Part shown: one piece after another, positions 36,342 to 49,183 of the stretch
Layout: each line of letters opens with the position of its first letter
Position numbering within the stretch: position 1 is the first letter of the stretch
DNA from: Burkholderiales bacterium
GTDB lineage: Bacteria; Pseudomonadota; Gammaproteobacteria; Burkholderiales; SG8-41
Direction of reading: 5' to 3'
DNA: 64,000 nucleotides
Assembly: GCA_030833315.1 (NCBI GenBank)
Contig: JAURHM010000003.1
Location: 38,081-102,080 of the forward strand
Translations under genes and position numbers: made by a program
The notes under the pieces: model-generated
What the model was told of the DNA's origin: nothing
Seen by the model: only the letters and a program-made list of their open reading frames with translations
Database searches by the model: none

Positions 36342-36356
36342 CCGGGCTGAGCCCGG
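36342..36356. terminator. Bidirectional rho-independent terminator between ackA and ssb
   Basis: A7-CCGGGC-tga-GCCCGG-T5. Confidence 0.75.
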
Positions 36357-36376
36357 TTTTTCCGATTCGCGACGAC

Positions 36377-36847
36377 TTAGAACGGAATGTCGTCATCCAT
36401 GTCGTCAAAGCTGCCGCCGCTTTTTTTCGCCGGCGCCTTTGAGGCACCGCCACCGCTCGGCGCTGCGGCGGGTTCACGCATGCCACCGCCACCACCGCTG
36501 CCTTCACCACCACCCCGGCTGCCCAGCATTCGCATCTGATCCGCCCGGATTTCGGTCGTATAACGGTCTTGGCCTTCTTTGTCCTGCCATTTACGGGTGC
36601 GCAGAGAACCCTCGATGTACACCTGGGAACCTTTACGCAGGTACTCTCCGCAGATCTCGGCCAGCTTGCCGAACGCGCTGATGCGGTGCCATTCGGTCGC
36701 TTCTTTTTTCTCGCCGCTGGTCTTGTCCTTCCAGGTCTCCGATGTGGCGATACTGAAACTGGTCAATGCTTCACCGCTCGGCAGATACCGCGTTTCCGGA
36801 TCTTTGCCGAGGTTGCCGATCAAAATCACTTTGTTGACGGATGCCAT
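36377..36847 (-). CDS. ssb: Single-stranded DNA-binding protein
   Basis: [20 protein letters not shown]-fold start, Gly-rich linker, acidic tip DDDIPF. Confidence 0.96.
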   Translation of the reverse strand: MASVNKVILIGNLGKDPETRYLPSGEALTSFSIATSETWKDKTSGEKKEATEWHRISAFGKLAEICGEYLRKGSQVYIEGSLRTRKWQDKEGQDRYTTEIRADQMRMLGSRGGGEGSGGGGGMREPAAAPSGGGASKAPAKKSGGSFDDMDDDIPF

Positions 36848-36913
36848 GTCGGTTTTTCCTTTTGATTTGAACGCATCAATTAGTGTCAGTAACGCGCCCG
36901 CCGTCCGGGGCGT

Positions 36914-38104
36914 TTACGCGTTTTTTACCGGCGGTACGCGCATGCCGAGGGCGAGTATAAGCCAGATCGCCAGCAGCACGATGTCGAAGCCGATCACTGC
37001 ATCCACGCCCCAGTTTTTATAGAGCACGCCGCCCGCTGAAGCGCCGAGGAAAGTCCCGAAAAACTGGATCGTGCTGTAAAGGCCGATCGCCGTGCCCTTG
37101 GCATGGGCCGGCGCCAGTCGCGTAGTCAGCGTCGGCAGCATCGCTTCAAGTGCATTGAAGGGAGAGAAAAATGCCAGCAAAAACAGTGACAAAAGCCAGA
37201 CGCTGCTCTGCAGCCAGGGCAGCGCCAGATGCGCAGCCAGCAACACGACAATCGATAAGATGAACCAGCGCCGCAACAGCACCGGATTTCCGGCCTGCAA
37301 CACGGCAGGCATCATCAGCACGAACGAACCGAGCATCACCGGCAGATAGACCTGCCAGTGCGAGCCAACCGGCAGACCGGCGTCACGCAGGCCGAAAGGC
37401 ACCACGATGAACAAAGCCATCAGCACCGCGTGCAAGGCGAAGATGCCCCAGTTCAGCCGCGCCAGCTGCGGATCGGTCAGCACATGCCAGAAGTCCTTCA
37501 GTGCTCGACCGGGCGCCGGGGGTACCTGTGGCGCATCAGGAATAACACGCCACATCACCAGCATCGCCCCCAAGGCGAGCACGCCCGTCAATGCAAAAAT
37601 GCCCGGCACGCCGATCAGGCTGTTGAGCCAGGGACTGGCCACCAGCGACAGTGCGAAGGCCACTCCGATGGTCGAGCCGATCATCGCCATCGCTTTGGCG
37701 CGCTGGTCTTCACGGGTCAGGTCCGCAGTCATCGCGATCACCGCGGCGGAAATGGCGCCTGCGCCTTGCAGCATACGGCCGAAGATGACCATGTAGATAT
37801 TCGGCGCCAGCGCCGCGACAAAACTGCCAACAGCGAATATCACCAGGCCGATGTAAACCACCGGTTTGCGGCCGTAGCGGTCCGACCACCAGCCAAAGGG
37901 AATCTGCAGCAGCGCCTGGGTCAGGCCGTAGGCGCCGATGGCGAGCCCGACCAGTGTCAGGTTATCGCCGCCGGGCAGGTGTTCCGCGTAAATCGCGAAC
38001 ACCGGCAGGATCACGAACATGCCCAGCAGCCGCAGTCCGAAAATGCCGGACAGGCCGATACTGGCCCGCAATTCGAGCGGGGTCATTTTGCTGCGCGACG
38101 ACAT
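36914..38104 (-). CDS. MFS transporter
   Basis: 12 hydrophobic segments, [11 protein letters not shown] loop motif. Confidence 0.8.
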   Translation of the reverse strand: MSSRSKMTPLELRASIGLSGIFGLRLLGMFVILPVFAIYAEHLPGGDNLTLVGLAIGAYGLTQALLQIPFGWWSDRYGRKPVVYIGLVIFAVGSFVAALAPNIYMVIFGRMLQGAGAISAAVIAMTADLTREDQRAKAMAMIGSTIGVAFALSLVASPWLNSLIGVPGIFALTGVLALGAMLVMWRVIPDAPQVPPAPGRALKDFWHVLTDPQLARLNWGIFALHAVLMALFIVVPFGLRDAGLPVGSHWQVYLPVMLGSFVLMMPAVLQAGNPVLLRRWFILSIVVLLAAHLALPWLQSSVWLLSLFLLAFFSPFNALEAMLPTLTTRLAPAHAKGTAIGLYSTIQFFGTFLGASAGGVLYKNWGVDAVIGFDIVLLAIWLILALGMRVPPVKNA

Positions 38105-38209
38105 GGACGGGCGGGAGACGGAAAAGGAAATCTGGGGGAGAAAACCGGGGAACAGTTGGGCGTAACTACTTATGCGCGTATATTAACAGGTTTACCTTTG
38201 GTCTCTGAC

Positions 38210-41107
38210 ATGACAGCGCGCTCGACGCCGCCGAAACTGGTCGCCCTGCCGGCCAAACCGCAAACCGATCTGTCCCTGCCGCCGGCCGGTGCCGGGCAGA
38301 TCCGGGTACGCGGCGCACGCACGCACAACCTGAAAAACATCAGTCTCGATCTGCCGCGCAACCGGCTGGTAGTCATCACCGGGCTGTCCGGATCAGGCAA
38401 ATCCTCTCTGGCATTCGACACACTCTATGCGGAAGGCCAGCGCCGCTACGTCGAATCGCTGTCGGCCTACGCCCGGCAGTTCCTGCAGTTGATGGAAAAA
38501 CCCGACGTCGACATGATCGAAGGGTTGTCTCCCGCGATCGCCATCGAACAGAAAGCCTCCAGCCATAATCCGCGCTCCACCGTCGGCACCGTCACCGAGA
38601 TCCATGATTACCTGCGCCTGCTCTACGCACGCATCGGCGAGCCGCACTGTCCCGAGCATGATTTGGTGCTCGCCGCGCAGTCGGTGGCGCAGATGGTTGA
38701 TCACGTGCTGCAGATGCCCGAGGACACCAAGCTGATGATCCTCGCCCCGGTGGTCAATGACCGCAAGGGTGAACAGTCGGCACTGATCGATGAACTGCGC
38801 GCTCAGGGTTTCGTACGCGTGCGCCTCGACGGCAAGGTCCATGACATCGATGCCCTGCCGGCGCTGAAAAAGAACACCAAACACACCATCGACGTCGTCG
38901 TCGACCGCGTCAAGGTCCGCGAAGAACTGCGGCAGCGTCTGGCCGAATCGTTTGAAACCGCACTGCGCCACGGCGAAGGCCGAGCAGTCGCGGTGGATAT
39001 GGACAGCGGCCAGGAACATTCATTCTCCGCGCGCCTTGCCTGCCCGCAATGCGGTTTTGCTTCGCCGGAACTCGAGCCACGGCTGTTTTCATTCAACAAT
39101 CCGGCCGGCGCCTGCCAGCGCTGCGACGGGCTGGGCTCGATCACCTTCTTCGACCCCAAACGCATCGCGGCATTTCCTGAAATGTCACTCGCCGCGGGCG
39201 CAATCAAGGGCTGGGATCGTCGCAACCAGTTCTATTTCCAGATGCTGCAGGGACTCGCCGCCCATTACGGTTTTGACATTGAGGCGCCTTTCAACGAACT
39301 GCCCGAAGAAGCGCGCCAGGCGGTGCTCTACGGTTCCGGCAAAACCGCGATCCGATTTACTTACGTCGGTGAACGTGGCAAATCCTATGTCAAGGAACAT
39401 GCCTTCGAGGGCGTGGTGCCCAACCTCGAACGGCGGCACAAGGAAACCGACTCGCCGGTGGTCAAGGAAGAGCTCGCCAAGTATCTGAACACCCAGCAAT
39501 GCCCCGACTGCCAGGGCACACGCCTTCGGCGCGAGGCGCGGCATGTATTGGTCGCACGCCAGCCGATCTATGCGCTGTCCGCTTTACAGCTCGGCGACGC
39601 GATGCGTTTCTTCGACAACCTGAAACTTTCCGGCGCACGACAGGCCATCGCAGAAAAAATCGCCGGCGAGATCAGCAACCGCCTTCGCTTCCTGGTCGAT
39701 GTCGGACTGGATTATCTGTCGCTCGACCGCTCGGCCGACACGCTCTCTGGCGGTGAATCGCAACGCATCCGCCTCGCCAGCCAGATCGGTTCCGGCCTGA
39801 CCGGCGTGATGTATGTGCTCGATGAACCGTCGATTGGCCTGCACCAGCGCGACAACACGCGACTGCTCGACATGCTCAAGCGACTGCGCGACATCGGCAA
39901 CTCGGTGATCGTCGTCGAACATGATCACGATGCGATCATGCATGCCGATCATGTGGTCGATATGGGCCTCGGCGCCGGCGAACACGGCGGCTGTGTCATC
40001 GCCGAAGGCACGCCGGCGGAAATCATTGCCCACCCCGAATCGCTGACCGGCCAGTACCTGTCCGGGCGTCGGCGCATCGACGTTCCCGCACTGCGCCACC
40101 GCATCAACCCGCAGCGGCTACTGGTGATCAAGGGCGCGCACGGCAACAATCTCAAGGACGTCACGGTAGGCATTCCCATCGGGTTGCTGACCTGCGTTAC
40201 CGGCGTCTCCGGTTCCGGCAAGTCAACGCTGGTTAACGACACGCTGTATCTGTCGGCTGCACGTGATCTTTACGGCAGCAATGTCGAACCCGCACCCTGT
40301 GCCGCCATCGAAGGCATGGAATTCTTCGACAAGGTCGTCAACGTCGACCAAAGTCCGATCGGCCGAACGCCGCGCTCCAATCCCGCGACCTACACCGGTC
40401 TGTTCACGCCGATCCGCGAACTGTATGCCGGCGTTCCGGAATCCCGCGCGCGCGGCTACGGCGCCGGCCGCTTCTCGTTCAACGTCAAAGGCGGCCGCTG
40501 CGAGGCCTGTCAGGGTGACGGCGTGCTCAAGGTGGAAATGCACTTCCTTCCTGACATCTACGTTCCCTGCGACACCTGTCACGGCAAACGCTACAACCGC
40601 GAGACACTGGACATCCGTTACAAGGGCAAGACCATCCACGAAGTACTGGAGATGACGGTTGAACACGCGCTGGAGTTTTTCAGTGCGGTGCCGACCCTTG
40701 CGCGCAAGCTGCAGACGCTGATGGATGTCGGCCTCGGCTATATCACGCTGGGCCAGAGCGCGACCACGCTGTCGGGCGGCGAAGCGCAGCGCGTCAAGCT
40801 GGCGCTGGAACTGTCCAAACGTGACACCGGCCGCACGCTGTACATCCTCGACGAACCGACAACCGGCCTGCATTTCCACGACACTGACCTGCTGCTGCGA
40901 GTGCTGCACCGCCTGCGCGACCACGGCAACACCATTGTCGTCATCGAACACAATCTCGACGTCATCAAGACGGCCGACTGGGTGATCGACCTCGGTCCCG
41001 AGGGTGGCGGGGGTGGCGGTCGGATCATTGCCGAAGGGCCGCCAGAAACCATTGCAGCAAACTCGGGCAGCCATACCGGCGTTCACCTGAAAACGGTGCT
41101 GGTTTGA
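38210..41107 (+). CDS. uvrA: Excinuclease ABC subunit UvrA
   Basis: [12 protein letters not shown], Walker [10 protein letters not shown] and GVSGSGKST, signatures [12 protein letters not shown] and [12 protein letters not shown], zinc modules CPQCG...CQRCDGLG and CEACQGDG. The ORF extension to 37358 overlaps the MFS gene and is not credible. Confidence 0.95.
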   Translation: MTARSTPPKLVALPAKPQTDLSLPPAGAGQIRVRGARTHNLKNISLDLPRNRLVVITGLSGSGKSSLAFDTLYAEGQRRYVESLSAYARQFLQLMEKPDVDMIEGLSPAIAIEQKASSHNPRSTVGTVTEIHDYLRLLYARIGEPHCPEHDLVLAAQSVAQMVDHVLQMPEDTKLMILAPVVNDRKGEQSALIDELRAQGFVRVRLDGKVHDIDALPALKKNTKHTIDVVVDRVKVREELRQRLAESFETALRHGEGRAVAVDMDSGQEHSFSARLACPQCGFASPELEPRLFSFNNPAGACQRCDGLGSITFFDPKRIAAFPEMSLAAGAIKGWDRRNQFYFQMLQGLAAHYGFDIEAPFNELPEEARQAVLYGSGKTAIRFTYVGERGKSYVKEHAFEGVVPNLERRHKETDSPVVKEELAKYLNTQQCPDCQGTRLRREARHVLVARQPIYALSALQLGDAMRFFDNLKLSGARQAIAEKIAGEISNRLRFLVDVGLDYLSLDRSADTLSGGESQRIRLASQIGSGLTGVMYVLDEPSIGLHQRDNTRLLDMLKRLRDIGNSVIVVEHDHDAIMHADHVVDMGLGAGEHGGCVIAEGTPAEIIAHPESLTGQYLSGRRRIDVPALRHRINPQRLLVIKGAHGNNLKDVTVGIPIGLLTCVTGVSGSGKSTLVNDTLYLSAARDLYGSNVEPAPCAAIEGMEFFDKVVNVDQSPIGRTPRSNPATYTGLFTPIRELYAGVPESRARGYGAGRFSFNVKGGRCEACQGDGVLKVEMHFLPDIYVPCDTCHGKRYNRETLDIRYKGKTIHEVLEMTVEHALEFFSAVPTLARKLQTLMDVGLGYITLGQSATTLSGGEAQRVKLALELSKRDTGRTLYILDEPTTGLHFHDTDLLLRVLHRLRDHGNTIVVIEHNLDVIKTADWVIDLGPEGGGGGGRIIAEGPPETIAANSGSHTGVHLKTVLV

Positions 41108-42384
41108 AATCCGACGCCGCGCGTGAACTCCTCACCGGCAGTTTTGCCGCGGCAGTCGCTGCGGCGGATCCGCAGCGCATTCTCCCCGCGCACCTGCCAC
41201 CGCCGCCGAAAGGCCGTACGCTGGTGGTCGGTGCGGGCAAGGCTGCTGCATCCATGGCACTGGCCGTCGAACAATCCTGGCCAGCCGCAGCACCGCTCGA
41301 CGGCCTGGTCATCACGCGTTATCGCCACGGACTGCTGACCAACCGCATCACGGTGATTGAAGCCGGCCACCCGGTGCCGGACTCCGCCGGCGAGCAGGCC
41401 GCCGCGGAAATCCTCAGGAAGGTCAAGGCGCTGACGCCGCAGGACCTGCTGCTGGTGCTGGTCTCCGGCGGCGGCTCGAGCCTGCTGTCACTGCCTGCAG
41501 ATGGCGTATCGATGACGGATCTGAAACAGGTCACCAAACAGCTGCTGCATTCGGGTGCGCCGATCCAGGCGATGAACACCGTGCGCAAACACCTGTCGCA
41601 GATTCAGGGCGGAAGACTCGCTGCGGCATCGCGCGCACCGGTGCTGGCGCTGGTGATCTCGGATGTCACCGGAGACGATCCGACGCATATTGCTTCCGGC
41701 CCCTGCGCGCCGGATCCGACGACTTACGCAGACGCGATCGCCATCCTGGAACGTTACGGCGTGCAGCCCCCGCCGGCGATCGCAGCGCATCTGGCGCGCG
41801 GTGCACGCGGTGAAATCGCCGAAACGCCCAAGGCCGGAGATCGCGTATTCGCCAAGACCGAGAACAAGGTCATTGCAACGGCATGGCAATCGCTGCAGGC
41901 CGCGGCAGATTACTTCCGCAGCAAAGGCATCACGCCGGCGATTCTTGGCGACTCGGTCACCGGTGAAGCGCGCGAAGTCGCCAAGGTTTACGGTGCCTTG
42001 TCCCGGGCCGTGCGCGAACACAATGCCCCATGGCAGCCGCCGGTTGCGCTGATTTCCGGTGGCGAGTGTACGGTCACGGTTCGGGGCAAAGGCCGCGGCG
42101 GCCGTTGCGCCGAATTCCTGCTCTCCCTGGCACTGGATCTGCTTGGCGCACCCAACATCCATGCGCTGGCCGGCGACACCGACGGCATCGACGGCTCCGA
42201 GGACAACGCCGGCGCCCTGCTGACGCCGGATTCACTGCAGCGCGCGGCGCGCAAGCACATCAACGCGGCGGTATTGCTGGACTGCAATGATGCCTACGGT
42301 TTTTTTGAAGCAACTGGTGACCTGATCGTCACCGGTCCGACGCGTACCAACGTCAATGACTATCGGGTGATCCTGATTAGCTGA
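41104..42384 (+). CDS. MOFRL-family glycerate 2-kinase / hydroxypyruvate-reductase-like protein
   Basis: N-terminal [12 protein letters not shown]...[12 protein letters not shown] (DUF4147 part) and C-terminal GGECTVTV...GGRCAEFLL...GTDGIDG (MOFRL part). The TTG start overlaps the uvrA stop. Confidence 0.8.
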   Translation: MKSDAARELLTGSFAAAVAAADPQRILPAHLPPPPKGRTLVVGAGKAAASMALAVEQSWPAAAPLDGLVITRYRHGLLTNRITVIEAGHPVPDSAGEQAAAEILRKVKALTPQDLLLVLVSGGGSSLLSLPADGVSMTDLKQVTKQLLHSGAPIQAMNTVRKHLSQIQGGRLAAASRAPVLALVISDVTGDDPTHIASGPCAPDPTTYADAIAILERYGVQPPPAIAAHLARGARGEIAETPKAGDRVFAKTENKVIATAWQSLQAAADYFRSKGITPAILGDSVTGEAREVAKVYGALSRAVREHNAPWQPPVALISGGECTVTVRGKGRGGRCAEFLLSLALDLLGAPNIHALAGDTDGIDGSEDNAGALLTPDSLQRAARKHINAAVLLDCNDAYGFFEATGDLIVTGPTRTNVNDYRVILIS

Positions 42385-42465
42385 AACTGTCGCAGGCAAT
42401 ATGCCAACTCAAATATAAGTATTTGTTTATAAATAACTATTTAACGAATTATGGGCGTAAAAAAA

Positions 42466-42480
42466 CCGGGCGTCGCCCGG
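42466..42480. terminator. Bidirectional rho-independent terminator (end of alpha operon / glycerate kinase gene)
   Basis: A7-CCGGGC-gtc-GCCCGG-T6. Confidence 0.75.
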
Positions 42481-42501
42481 TTTTTTATGAGCCGCCGATG
42501 A

Positions 42502-42900
42502 TCAGGCGGTTGCCGTTTCCGTCTTGGCTTCAGCAGCCTCTTCCGGACGATCCATCAATTCGACAAACGCCATCGGCGCGTTGTCGCCCTTGCGGAAGCC
42601 GAATTTCAGGATGCGGAGGTAGCCGCCGTTACGTTTGGCGTAACGCGGGCCCAGCAGTTCGAACAGCTTGACCACGTTTTCGCGGTCGCGCAGGCGATCG
42701 AATGCCAGACGTCGATTGGCCAGCGTGGGCTTCTTGCCCAACGTGATGATCGGTTCGACCACGCGGCGCAGTTCCTTGGCCTTGGGCAATGTGGTTTTGA
42801 TCGCTTCGTGACGTAGCAGCGAGTTGGCCATATTGCGCAGCATTGCCAGTCGATGGCTGCTGGTGCGATTGAGTTTCCGTAAACCGTGACGATGACGCAT
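42502..42900 (-). CDS. rplQ: 50S ribosomal protein L17
   Basis: [24 protein letters not shown], canonical. Confidence 0.97.
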   Translation of the reverse strand: MRHRHGLRKLNRTSSHRLAMLRNMANSLLRHEAIKTTLPKAKELRRVVEPIITLGKKPTLANRRLAFDRLRDRENVVKLFELLGPRYAKRNGGYLRILKFGFRKGDNAPMAFVELMDRPEEAAEAKTETATA

Positions 42901-42909
42901 GATGCCCTC

Positions 42910-43887
42910 TTAGACCTTTTCGAGACCGGCAGGCGGCCAGTTTTCCAGCTTCATCCCCAGCGTAAGACCGCGGGAGGCCAGCACTTCCTTGATTTCATTC
43001 AGCGACTTGCGACCCAGATTCGGGGTCTTCAGCAACTCCGTCTCGGTACGTTGGATCAGATCGCCGATGTAGTAAATGTTTTCGGCTTTCAGGCAGTTTG
43101 CCGAACGCACGGTCAGTTCCAGATCATCGACCGGACGCAGCAGCACAGGATCAATCTGGGTGGCTTTCTTCTCTTCGATCAGCGCCGGGGTGCCTTTGAG
43201 ATCGGCAAATACCGACAGCTGCTCGACCAGAACGCGGGCCGCGTAACGCACGGCTTCTTCCGGATCGATAGCGCCGTTGGTTTCGATGTCGATGACCAGC
43301 TTGTCGAGGTCGGTACGCTGCTCAACACGCGCCGATTCCACGGCGTAGCTGACACGACGCACCGGACCGAAAGAGGCGTCCAGCATCAAACCGCCGACGC
43401 TGCGCGCTTCTTCGTCGCCGCGACGGGTGACAGCGGCAACGTAGCCACGGCCTTTTTCAACCTTGATCTGCACGTCGAGTTTGCCGCCCGCCGTCAGATG
43501 CGCAATCACGTGTTCCGGATTGATGATTTCGACATCATGCATCGGTTCGATGTCAGCCGCGGTCACGACGCCATCACCGGACTTCTTCAGGGTAAGAATA
43601 GCTTCGTCGCGGTTATGCAGTCGAAGTACGATGCCCTTCAGATTCAGAAGAATATCAACCACGTCCTCCTGGACGCCGTCGATGGTGGAGTACTCATGCA
43701 GTACGCCGGCAATCTTGACTTCCGTTGCCGCGTAGCCCGGCATGGAAGACAGCAGCGTGCGGCGCAGTGCATTGCCGAGCGTGTGGCCGTAGCCGCGCTC
43801 GAACGGTTCCATCGTAACCTTGGCGTGAAACGGTGACACACCCTGTACATCGATGATCCGAGGCTTGAGGAAGGCGCTGCTGGACAT
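42910..43887 (-). CDS. rpoA: DNA-directed RNA polymerase subunit alpha
   Basis: LKPRIIDVQ..., GNALRR, and C-terminal domain [12 protein letters not shown]. Confidence 0.97.
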   Translation of the reverse strand: MSSSAFLKPRIIDVQGVSPFHAKVTMEPFERGYGHTLGNALRRTLLSSMPGYAATEVKIAGVLHEYSTIDGVQEDVVDILLNLKGIVLRLHNRDEAILTLKKSGDGVVTAADIEPMHDVEIINPEHVIAHLTAGGKLDVQIKVEKGRGYVAAVTRRGDEEARSVGGLMLDASFGPVRRVSYAVESARVEQRTDLDKLVIDIETNGAIDPEEAVRYAARVLVEQLSVFADLKGTPALIEEKKATQIDPVLLRPVDDLELTVRSANCLKAENIYYIGDLIQRTETELLKTPNLGRKSLNEIKEVLASRGLTLGMKLENWPPAGLEKV

Positions 43888-43908
43888 GACGGATCTACCT
43901 CTCGGGAA

Positions 43909-44535
43909 TTATTTCGAGTAAAGCTCGACGATGAGCGACTCATTGATCGTGGACGACAGTTCGGAGCGCTGCGGCCTGGCCTTGAAGGTGCCTTTCAGCG
44001 CCTTCGAATCAACCTCGATCCACTCAGGATAGCCGCGCGATTCGGCAGCTTCCGACGCACCCTTGATGCGCAGTTGCGCTTTTGCAGGCTGCGCCACTTC
44101 AACCACATCGCCGGGACGGCACTGGAACGACGGGATGTTGACCCGCTTGCCGTTGACGAGGATGCCGTTATGGCGCACCACCTGGCGTGCTTCCGTGCGC
44201 GAAGCACCGAAGCCCATGCGATACACGACGCTGTCGAGCCGGCTTTCCAGACTCTGCAGCAGTGCTTCGCCGGTTACGCCCTTGCTGGCAGCCGCTTCCT
44301 TGTAGGTCTTGCGGAATTGCCGCTCAAGAATGCCGTAAATCCTGCGCACTTTCTGTTTCTCGCGCAGTTGAACGCCATAACCCGAAAGACGGGAATTCTT
44401 CTGGCCGTGCTGCCCCGGGGGGTAGGCACGACGCTCCATCGCACATTTGTCAGTGAAACACTTCTCCCCTTTCAGGAAGAGTTTTTCGCCCTCGCGCCGG
44501 CACTGCCGGCACTTTGCATCGAGATTCCTGGCCAC
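43909..44535 (-). CDS. rpsD: 30S ribosomal protein S4
   Basis: [26 protein letters not shown], canonical. Confidence 0.97.
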   Translation of the reverse strand: MARNLDAKCRQCRREGEKLFLKGEKCFTDKCAMERRAYPPGQHGQKNSRLSGYGVQLREKQKVRRIYGILERQFRKTYKEAAASKGVTGEALLQSLESRLDSVVYRMGFGASRTEARQVVRHNGILVNGKRVNIPSFQCRPGDVVEVAQPAKAQLRIKGASEAAESRGYPEWIEVDSKALKGTFKARPQRSELSSTINESLIVELYSK

Positions 44536-44549
44536 TTGTGGGATCTCCC

Positions 44550-44939
44550 TTAAATTCTGCGTTTCTTCGGAGGACGGCAGCCGTTATGCGGCACGGGCGT
44601 CACATCGGAGATACTGGTGATCTTGAAACCTACGGCGTTCAGCGCGCGCACTGCGGACTCGCGTCCGGGTCCGGGTCCCTTGATCAGGACTTCGATGTTC
44701 TTCACACCGCATTCCTGCGCAAGACGGCCGGCTTTTTCGGCGGCGATCTGCGCGGCAAAAGGGGTCGATTTGCGCGAACCCTTGAAACCGTTGCTGCCCG
44801 AAGTCGCCCAGGCCAGGGCATTGCCCTGACGGTCGGTGATCGTGACGATCGTGTTGTTGAAGGAAGCGTGAACGTGGGCGACGCCTTCCGCCACATTCTT
44901 CTTGACCTTCTTGCGAACCCTGGTGCTTGCCTTAGCCAT
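44550..44939 (-). CDS. rpsK: 30S ribosomal protein S11
   Basis: [18 protein letters not shown], canonical. Confidence 0.97.
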   Translation of the reverse strand: MAKASTRVRKKVKKNVAEGVAHVHASFNNTIVTITDRQGNALAWATSGSNGFKGSRKSTPFAAQIAAEKAGRLAQECGVKNIEVLIKGPGPGRESAVRALNAVGFKITSISDVTPVPHNGCRPPKKRRI

Positions 44940-44955
44940 ATATAGTCACTCTCAA

Positions 44956-45330
44956 TTAAGCGGCCGGACGCTGGATTTTCACTGCGGCCTTGCGCGGGCC
45001 CTTGCGGGTACGGGCATTGGTGCGGGTGCGCTGACCACGAACCGGCAGACCGGCGCGATGACGCTTGCCGCGCCAGGTGCCGAGATCCATCAGTCGCTTG
45101 ATATTCATGGAGATTTCACGGCGCAGATCACCTTCAGTGGTGAACTTCGCCACCTGCTCGCGCAGTTTCTCCATGTCCGTATCGGACAGGTCCTTGATCT
45201 TGGTCGCAGTGTTGATGCCTGCCGCCGTGCAGATCAGGCGGGCACGGCTCCGGCCAATGCCGTAGATTGCCGTCAGCGCGACTTCAGCGTGCTGATGGTT
45301 TGCTATGTTGACGCCACCTATGCGGGCCAT
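44956..45330 (-). CDS. rpsM: 30S ribosomal protein S13
   Basis: [26 protein letters not shown], canonical. Confidence 0.97.
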   Translation of the reverse strand: MARIGGVNIANHQHAEVALTAIYGIGRSRARLICTAAGINTATKIKDLSDTDMEKLREQVAKFTTEGDLRREISMNIKRLMDLGTWRGKRHRAGLPVRGQRTRTNARTRKGPRKAAVKIQRPAA

Positions 45331-45375
45331 TTACTCACCCCACCAATGGAAAACTGGAAATTATAACTTTTGACA

Positions 45376-45394
45376 GGTTCATATTCAATGAACC
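45376..45394 (-). promoter_or_regulatory. Perfect 7-bp hairpin in the rpmJ-rpsM spacer (candidate part of the alpha-operon translational operator)
   Basis: GGTTCAT-attca-ATGAACC, beginning 3 nt after the rpmJ stop and about 45 nt before the rpsM start. Confidence 0.3.
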
Positions 45395-45396
45395 GA

Positions 45397-45510
45397 TCAA
45401 CCCTGACGCTGCTTGTGGCGCGGATCTTTACAGATCACCCGAACCACACCGTTGCGCTTCACAACCTTGCAGTTGCGGCACATGCGCTTAACCGAAGCCT
45501 GTACTTTCAT
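45397..45510 (-). CDS. rpmJ: 50S ribosomal protein L36 (not in the ORF track, below its length cutoff)
   Basis: Manual translation of the minus strand gives [37 protein letters not shown] (37 aa) in the expected position between infA and rpsM. Confidence 0.93.
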   Translation of the reverse strand: MKVQASVKRMCRNCKVVKRNGVVRVICKDPRHKQRQG

Positions 45511-45533
45511 GTCATACCTCTTTCGCTCGCAGC

Positions 45534-45752
45534 CTATTTCGCCCGGAAAACAATGCGCCCTTTGGTCAAATCGTAGGGCGTCAGTTCAACGGTCACCTTG
45601 TCCCCGGGCAGAATCCGGATGTAATGCATCCGCATTTTTCCCGAGATATGGCCAAGTACCATATGGCCATTCTCCAGCTTTACCCGAAACGTCGCATTAG
45701 GCAGGGTTTCCACGATCTCGCCCTGCATCTGTATCGTGTCTTCTTTCGCCAT
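45534..45752 (-). CDS. infA: Translation initiation factor IF-1
   Basis: [30 protein letters not shown], canonical. Confidence 0.97.
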   Translation of the reverse strand: MAKEDTIQMQGEIVETLPNATFRVKLENGHMVLGHISGKMRMHYIRILPGDKVTVELTPYDLTKGRIVFRAK

Positions 45753-47072
45753 TTACCGCGTCGGGAACACACCGCCTTTAAAGTTTGCTTTCTTAAGCAG
45801 ACTTTCATATTGATGCGACATCACATAAGCCTGCACCTGCGCCATGAAATCCAGGGTCACCACCACGATGATCAGCAGTGATGTTCCGCCGAAATAAAAC
45901 GGCACATTCTTCCAGACGATCAACAGTTCCGGCACCAGGCAGACCAGCGTCACATAGATCGCGCCGCCCAGGGTCAAACGCATCGTCACTTTCTCGATGT
46001 AGCGGGCGGTCTGGTCGCCGGGACGGATCCCGGGCACAAACGCACCGCTTTTCTTCAGGTTCTCCGCCGTTTCTTTCGGGTTAAACACAAGAGCCGTATA
46101 GAAAAAGCAGAAAAATATAATCGCCGTCGCATAGAACAGGGTGTAAATCGGCTGCCCGGGATGCAACACCGCCGCCGCGTTCTTCAACCAGACCATGCCT
46201 TCGTTTTCACCCAGCCAGCCGGCCACAGTGCCCGGAAACAGGATGATGCTTGAAGCAAAAATCGGCGGGATCACACCCGACATGTTCAGCTTCAACGGCA
46301 GGTGCGAAGACTGCCCGCCGTAAACCTTGCGACCGACCTGTCGCTTCGCGTAATTCACCAGAATCTTTCGCTGGCCCTTTTCAACGAAACAGACAAACGC
46401 CGTTACCGCCACCACCAGCACGAAAATGAACAGCACGAACGGGATCGAAAATGCCCCGGTGCGCGCCAATTCCAGCGTGCCGCCAACTGCCTCCGGAAAA
46501 CCTGCTGCAATGCCGGCAAAAATGATCAGCGAGATGCCGTTGCCGATGCCGCGTTCGGTAATCTGCTCACCAAGCCACATCAGGAACATCGTGCCTGTAA
46601 CCAGCGTGACCATCGCCGTCAGCCGGAACATCAGGCCCGGATCAACAGCCACTTTCTGCTGCTCGAATGCAATCGCGATCGCCATGCCCTGCACAATCGC
46701 CAGAGCCGCCGTTCCGTAACGCGTGTATTGCGTAATCTTGCGCCGACCAGACTCGCCTTCCTTCTTCAGCGCCTCCAGCGTCGGCGATACCACAGTCATC
46801 AACTGCATGATGATCGACGCCGAGATGTAAGGCATGATGCCCAGCGTGAAAATCGAGAAACGTGACAGCGAACCGCCCGAAAACATGTTGAACATGTCCA
46901 GGATACCGCCGCGCTGCGACTTGAACAGCTCGGCAAGCTGGGCCTGATCAATGCCTGGAACCGGAATATATGAACCGATGCGAAAGACGATCAGCGCGCC
47001 GATGAGGAACAGCAGGCGACGCTTGAGGTCGCCAAACTTTCCTGCTCCCGACAGTGCAGCGCCTACGGCCAA
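45753..47072 (-). CDS. secY: Preprotein translocase subunit SecY
   Basis: 10-TM protein with [11 protein letters not shown] and the position after rplO. Confidence 0.97.
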   Translation of the reverse strand: MAVGAALSGAGKFGDLKRRLLFLIGALIVFRIGSYIPVPGIDQAQLAELFKSQRGGILDMFNMFSGGSLSRFSIFTLGIMPYISASIIMQLMTVVSPTLEALKKEGESGRRKITQYTRYGTAALAIVQGMAIAIAFEQQKVAVDPGLMFRLTAMVTLVTGTMFLMWLGEQITERGIGNGISLIIFAGIAAGFPEAVGGTLELARTGAFSIPFVLFIFVLVVAVTAFVCFVEKGQRKILVNYAKRQVGRKVYGGQSSHLPLKLNMSGVIPPIFASSIILFPGTVAGWLGENEGMVWLKNAAAVLHPGQPIYTLFYATAIIFFCFFYTALVFNPKETAENLKKSGAFVPGIRPGDQTARYIEKVTMRLTLGGAIYVTLVCLVPELLIVWKNVPFYFGGTSLLIIVVVTLDFMAQVQAYVMSHQYESLLKKANFKGGVFPTR

Positions 47073-47075
47073 CGC

Positions 47076-47531
47076 TTAGCTCCCGGCCTTTTCAGCAGGC
47101 AGTTCGATGGTACCGCCGGCCTTTTCGATCGCAGCCTTGGCACCCTTGCTCGCCAGCAGACCCTTCAGCACAACTTTGCGCTTGATCTCGCCGGCCAGAA
47201 TAACCTTGGCACCCTTGGCAAGACGCGAAACTACGCCGGCCTTTTTCAGCGCGTCCAGATCGATGGCTTCGGCAGTCATTTTCTGCAGCGTATCCAGCCG
47301 CACTTCTGCGGTATCACCGGCCGTCAGCGACTGAAAGCCGCGTTTCGGCAGTCGGCGATGCAGGGGCATCTGGCCACCCTCAAAGCCAACCTTGTGAAAA
47401 CCGCCTGCGCGAGCCTTCTGACCTTTGTGACCACGGCCAGCTGTCTTGCCGGTGCCCGAACCAATACCGCGACCTACACGCTTCTTGCTGTGCTTGGCGC
47501 CGCTGGCGGGTTTGATGTTATTCAGTTCCAT
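47076..47531 (-). CDS. rplO: 50S ribosomal protein L15
   Basis: [22 protein letters not shown], canonical. Confidence 0.97.
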   Translation of the reverse strand: MELNNIKPASGAKHSKKRVGRGIGSGTGKTAGRGHKGQKARAGGFHKVGFEGGQMPLHRRLPKRGFQSLTAGDTAEVRLDTLQKMTAEAIDLDALKKAGVVSRLAKGAKVILAGEIKRKVVLKGLLASKGAKAAIEKAGGTIELPAEKAGS

Positions 47532-47726
47532 TTATCCCTCGCAACGAACGAGATAGGCGACTTTTTTGATCATGCCGCGCACTGCCGGAGTATCCACCAG
47601 CTCCACGGTATGACGGATGCGGCGCAGGCCCAGACCACGCACACAGGCGCGATGCTCGGGACGCGTGCCGATCAGGCCGCGAACCAGGGTGACCTTGATT
47701 GTCTTGCCTTGCGGTTTCTTCGCCAT
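47532..47726 (-). CDS. rpmD: 50S ribosomal protein L30
   Basis: [26 protein letters not shown], canonical. Confidence 0.95.
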   Translation of the reverse strand: MAKKPQGKTIKVTLVRGLIGTRPEHRACVRGLGLRRIRHTVELVDTPAVRGMIKKVAYLVRCEG

Positions 47727-47732
47727 GATTGA

Positions 47733-48257
47733 TTACCCTTGAATCTCTTCGACCGACTTGCCGCGTTTGGCGGCGATTTCAGCAGGCGTGTTCATCTCAG
47801 TCAGGCCATTGATGGTGGCACGGACGATGTTGTAGGGGTTGGTCGAGCCAATGCACTTGGCAAGGATGTTGGCCACGCCCATCACTTCGAGCACCGCACG
47901 GACCGGACCGCCGGCGATGATGCCCGTGCCTTCTGATGCCGGCTGCATGTAAACCTTCGAGGCGCCGTGACGACCCATCACTGCGTGCTGCAGCGTGCCG
48001 TTCTTGAGCTGAACCTTGACCATTTTACGGCGCGCTTCTTCCATGGCTTTCTGCACGGCAACCGGCACTTCACGCGCTTTGCCCTTGCCCATACCGATGC
48101 TACCGTCGCCGTCGCCGACCACGGTCAGTGCGGCAAAACCCATCACACGGCCGCCCTTGACGACCTTGGTGACACGGTTGATCGCGACCATTTTTTCACG
48201 AAGGCCGTCACCGCGCTCTTCGCCGGTCTGCATTTTCGCTGCCTGCATTTTTGCCAT
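47733..48257 (-). CDS. rpsE: 30S ribosomal protein S5
   Basis: [14 protein letters not shown]...[14 protein letters not shown], canonical. Confidence 0.97.
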   Translation of the reverse strand: MAKMQAAKMQTGEERGDGLREKMVAINRVTKVVKGGRVMGFAALTVVGDGDGSIGMGKGKAREVPVAVQKAMEEARRKMVKVQLKNGTLQHAVMGRHGASKVYMQPASEGTGIIAGGPVRAVLEVMGVANILAKCIGSTNPYNIVRATINGLTEMNTPAEIAAKRGKSVEEIQG

Positions 48258-48268
48258 GCGCTGCTCCG

Positions 48269-48625
48269 TTAGAACTTGAGACCGGCTTCACGCGCAGCTT
48301 CCGCCAACGCCTTCACCCGACCGTGATATTGGTAGCCGGCGCGGTCAAACGCGACCTTCTCAACACCGGCTTTCTTTGCGCGCTCGGCAATGCGCTTGCC
48401 GATTGCAACTGCCGCAGCAACATTGCCGCCATTGGGCATCGCAGCGCGAACTTCCTTTTCGGCGGTCGATGCACTTGCAAGGACCTTCGAACCGGTAGCG
48501 TCGATAACCTGCGCGTAAATATGACCGTTCGAACGGTAAACGGTTAGACGCACCGCTTTAAGCTCGGCGATCTTGGCCCGGGTGCTGCGTGCGCGCCGCA
48601 GGCGCGCTGTATTTTTTTCAACCAT
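48269..48625 (-). CDS. rplR: 50S ribosomal protein L18
   Basis: [13 protein letters not shown]...[17 protein letters not shown], canonical. Confidence 0.97.
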   Translation of the reverse strand: MVEKNTARLRRARSTRAKIAELKAVRLTVYRSNGHIYAQVIDATGSKVLASASTAEKEVRAAMPNGGNVAAAVAIGKRIAERAKKAGVEKVAFDRAGYQYHGRVKALAEAAREAGLKF

Positions 48626-48637
48626 GTTCTATCCGCC

Positions 48638-49171
48638 TTACTTCTTCTTCGTTTCCTTGAGCACAATCTGCTCATCGGCATAACGCACGCCCTTGCCCTT
48701 GTAAGGCTCCGGCGGCCGGTAATTGCGAACATCGGCGGCGACCTGCCCGACTCTCTGCTTGTCGGCGCCTTTGATGATGATTTCCGTCTGCGTGGGCGTC
48801 TCGACCTTGACCCCCACCGGCAACTGGTGAACAACCGGATGCGAGAAACCGAGCGTCAGGTTGAGCTTGTCGCCCTGTGCCTGTGCGCGGTAACCGACGC
48901 CCACCAGCGTCAGCTTGCGCTCAAAACCCTTACTGACACCCTGAACCATGTTGGCGATCAGTGCGCGCAGTGTGCCGCTGATCGCATTCGCCTGGCGCGT
49001 ATTCTCGTTCAGCTTGATCTCGAGGCGATTGTCGATTTTCTCGACCTTCACATTCGGGGTGATCGCCTGCGACAGCGTTCCCAGCGGACCTTTAACCGAG
49101 ATCAGATCAGCAGCGATCGTAACCTCGACTTTTTCCGGCAGCATGACCGGGGATTTACCGACTCTGGACAT
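48638..49171 (-). CDS. rplF: 50S ribosomal protein L6
   Basis: [17 protein letters not shown], canonical. Confidence 0.97.
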   Translation of the reverse strand: MSRVGKSPVMLPEKVEVTIAADLISVKGPLGTLSQAITPNVKVEKIDNRLEIKLNENTRQANAISGTLRALIANMVQGVSKGFERKLTLVGVGYRAQAQGDKLNLTLGFSHPVVHQLPVGVKVETPTQTEIIIKGADKQRVGQVAADVRNYRPPEPYKGKGVRYADEQIVLKETKKK

Positions 49172-49183
49172 CGTCTCTCTCCC

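Noticed and set aside
38105-38209. Possible LexA/SOS box upstream of uvrA (ACTTATGCGCGTATATTAACAG).
   Set aside because: Counting back 16 nt from ACAG gives GCGC rather than CTGT, so there is no CTGT-N8-ACAG dyad. It only resembles a box because of the TATAT core.
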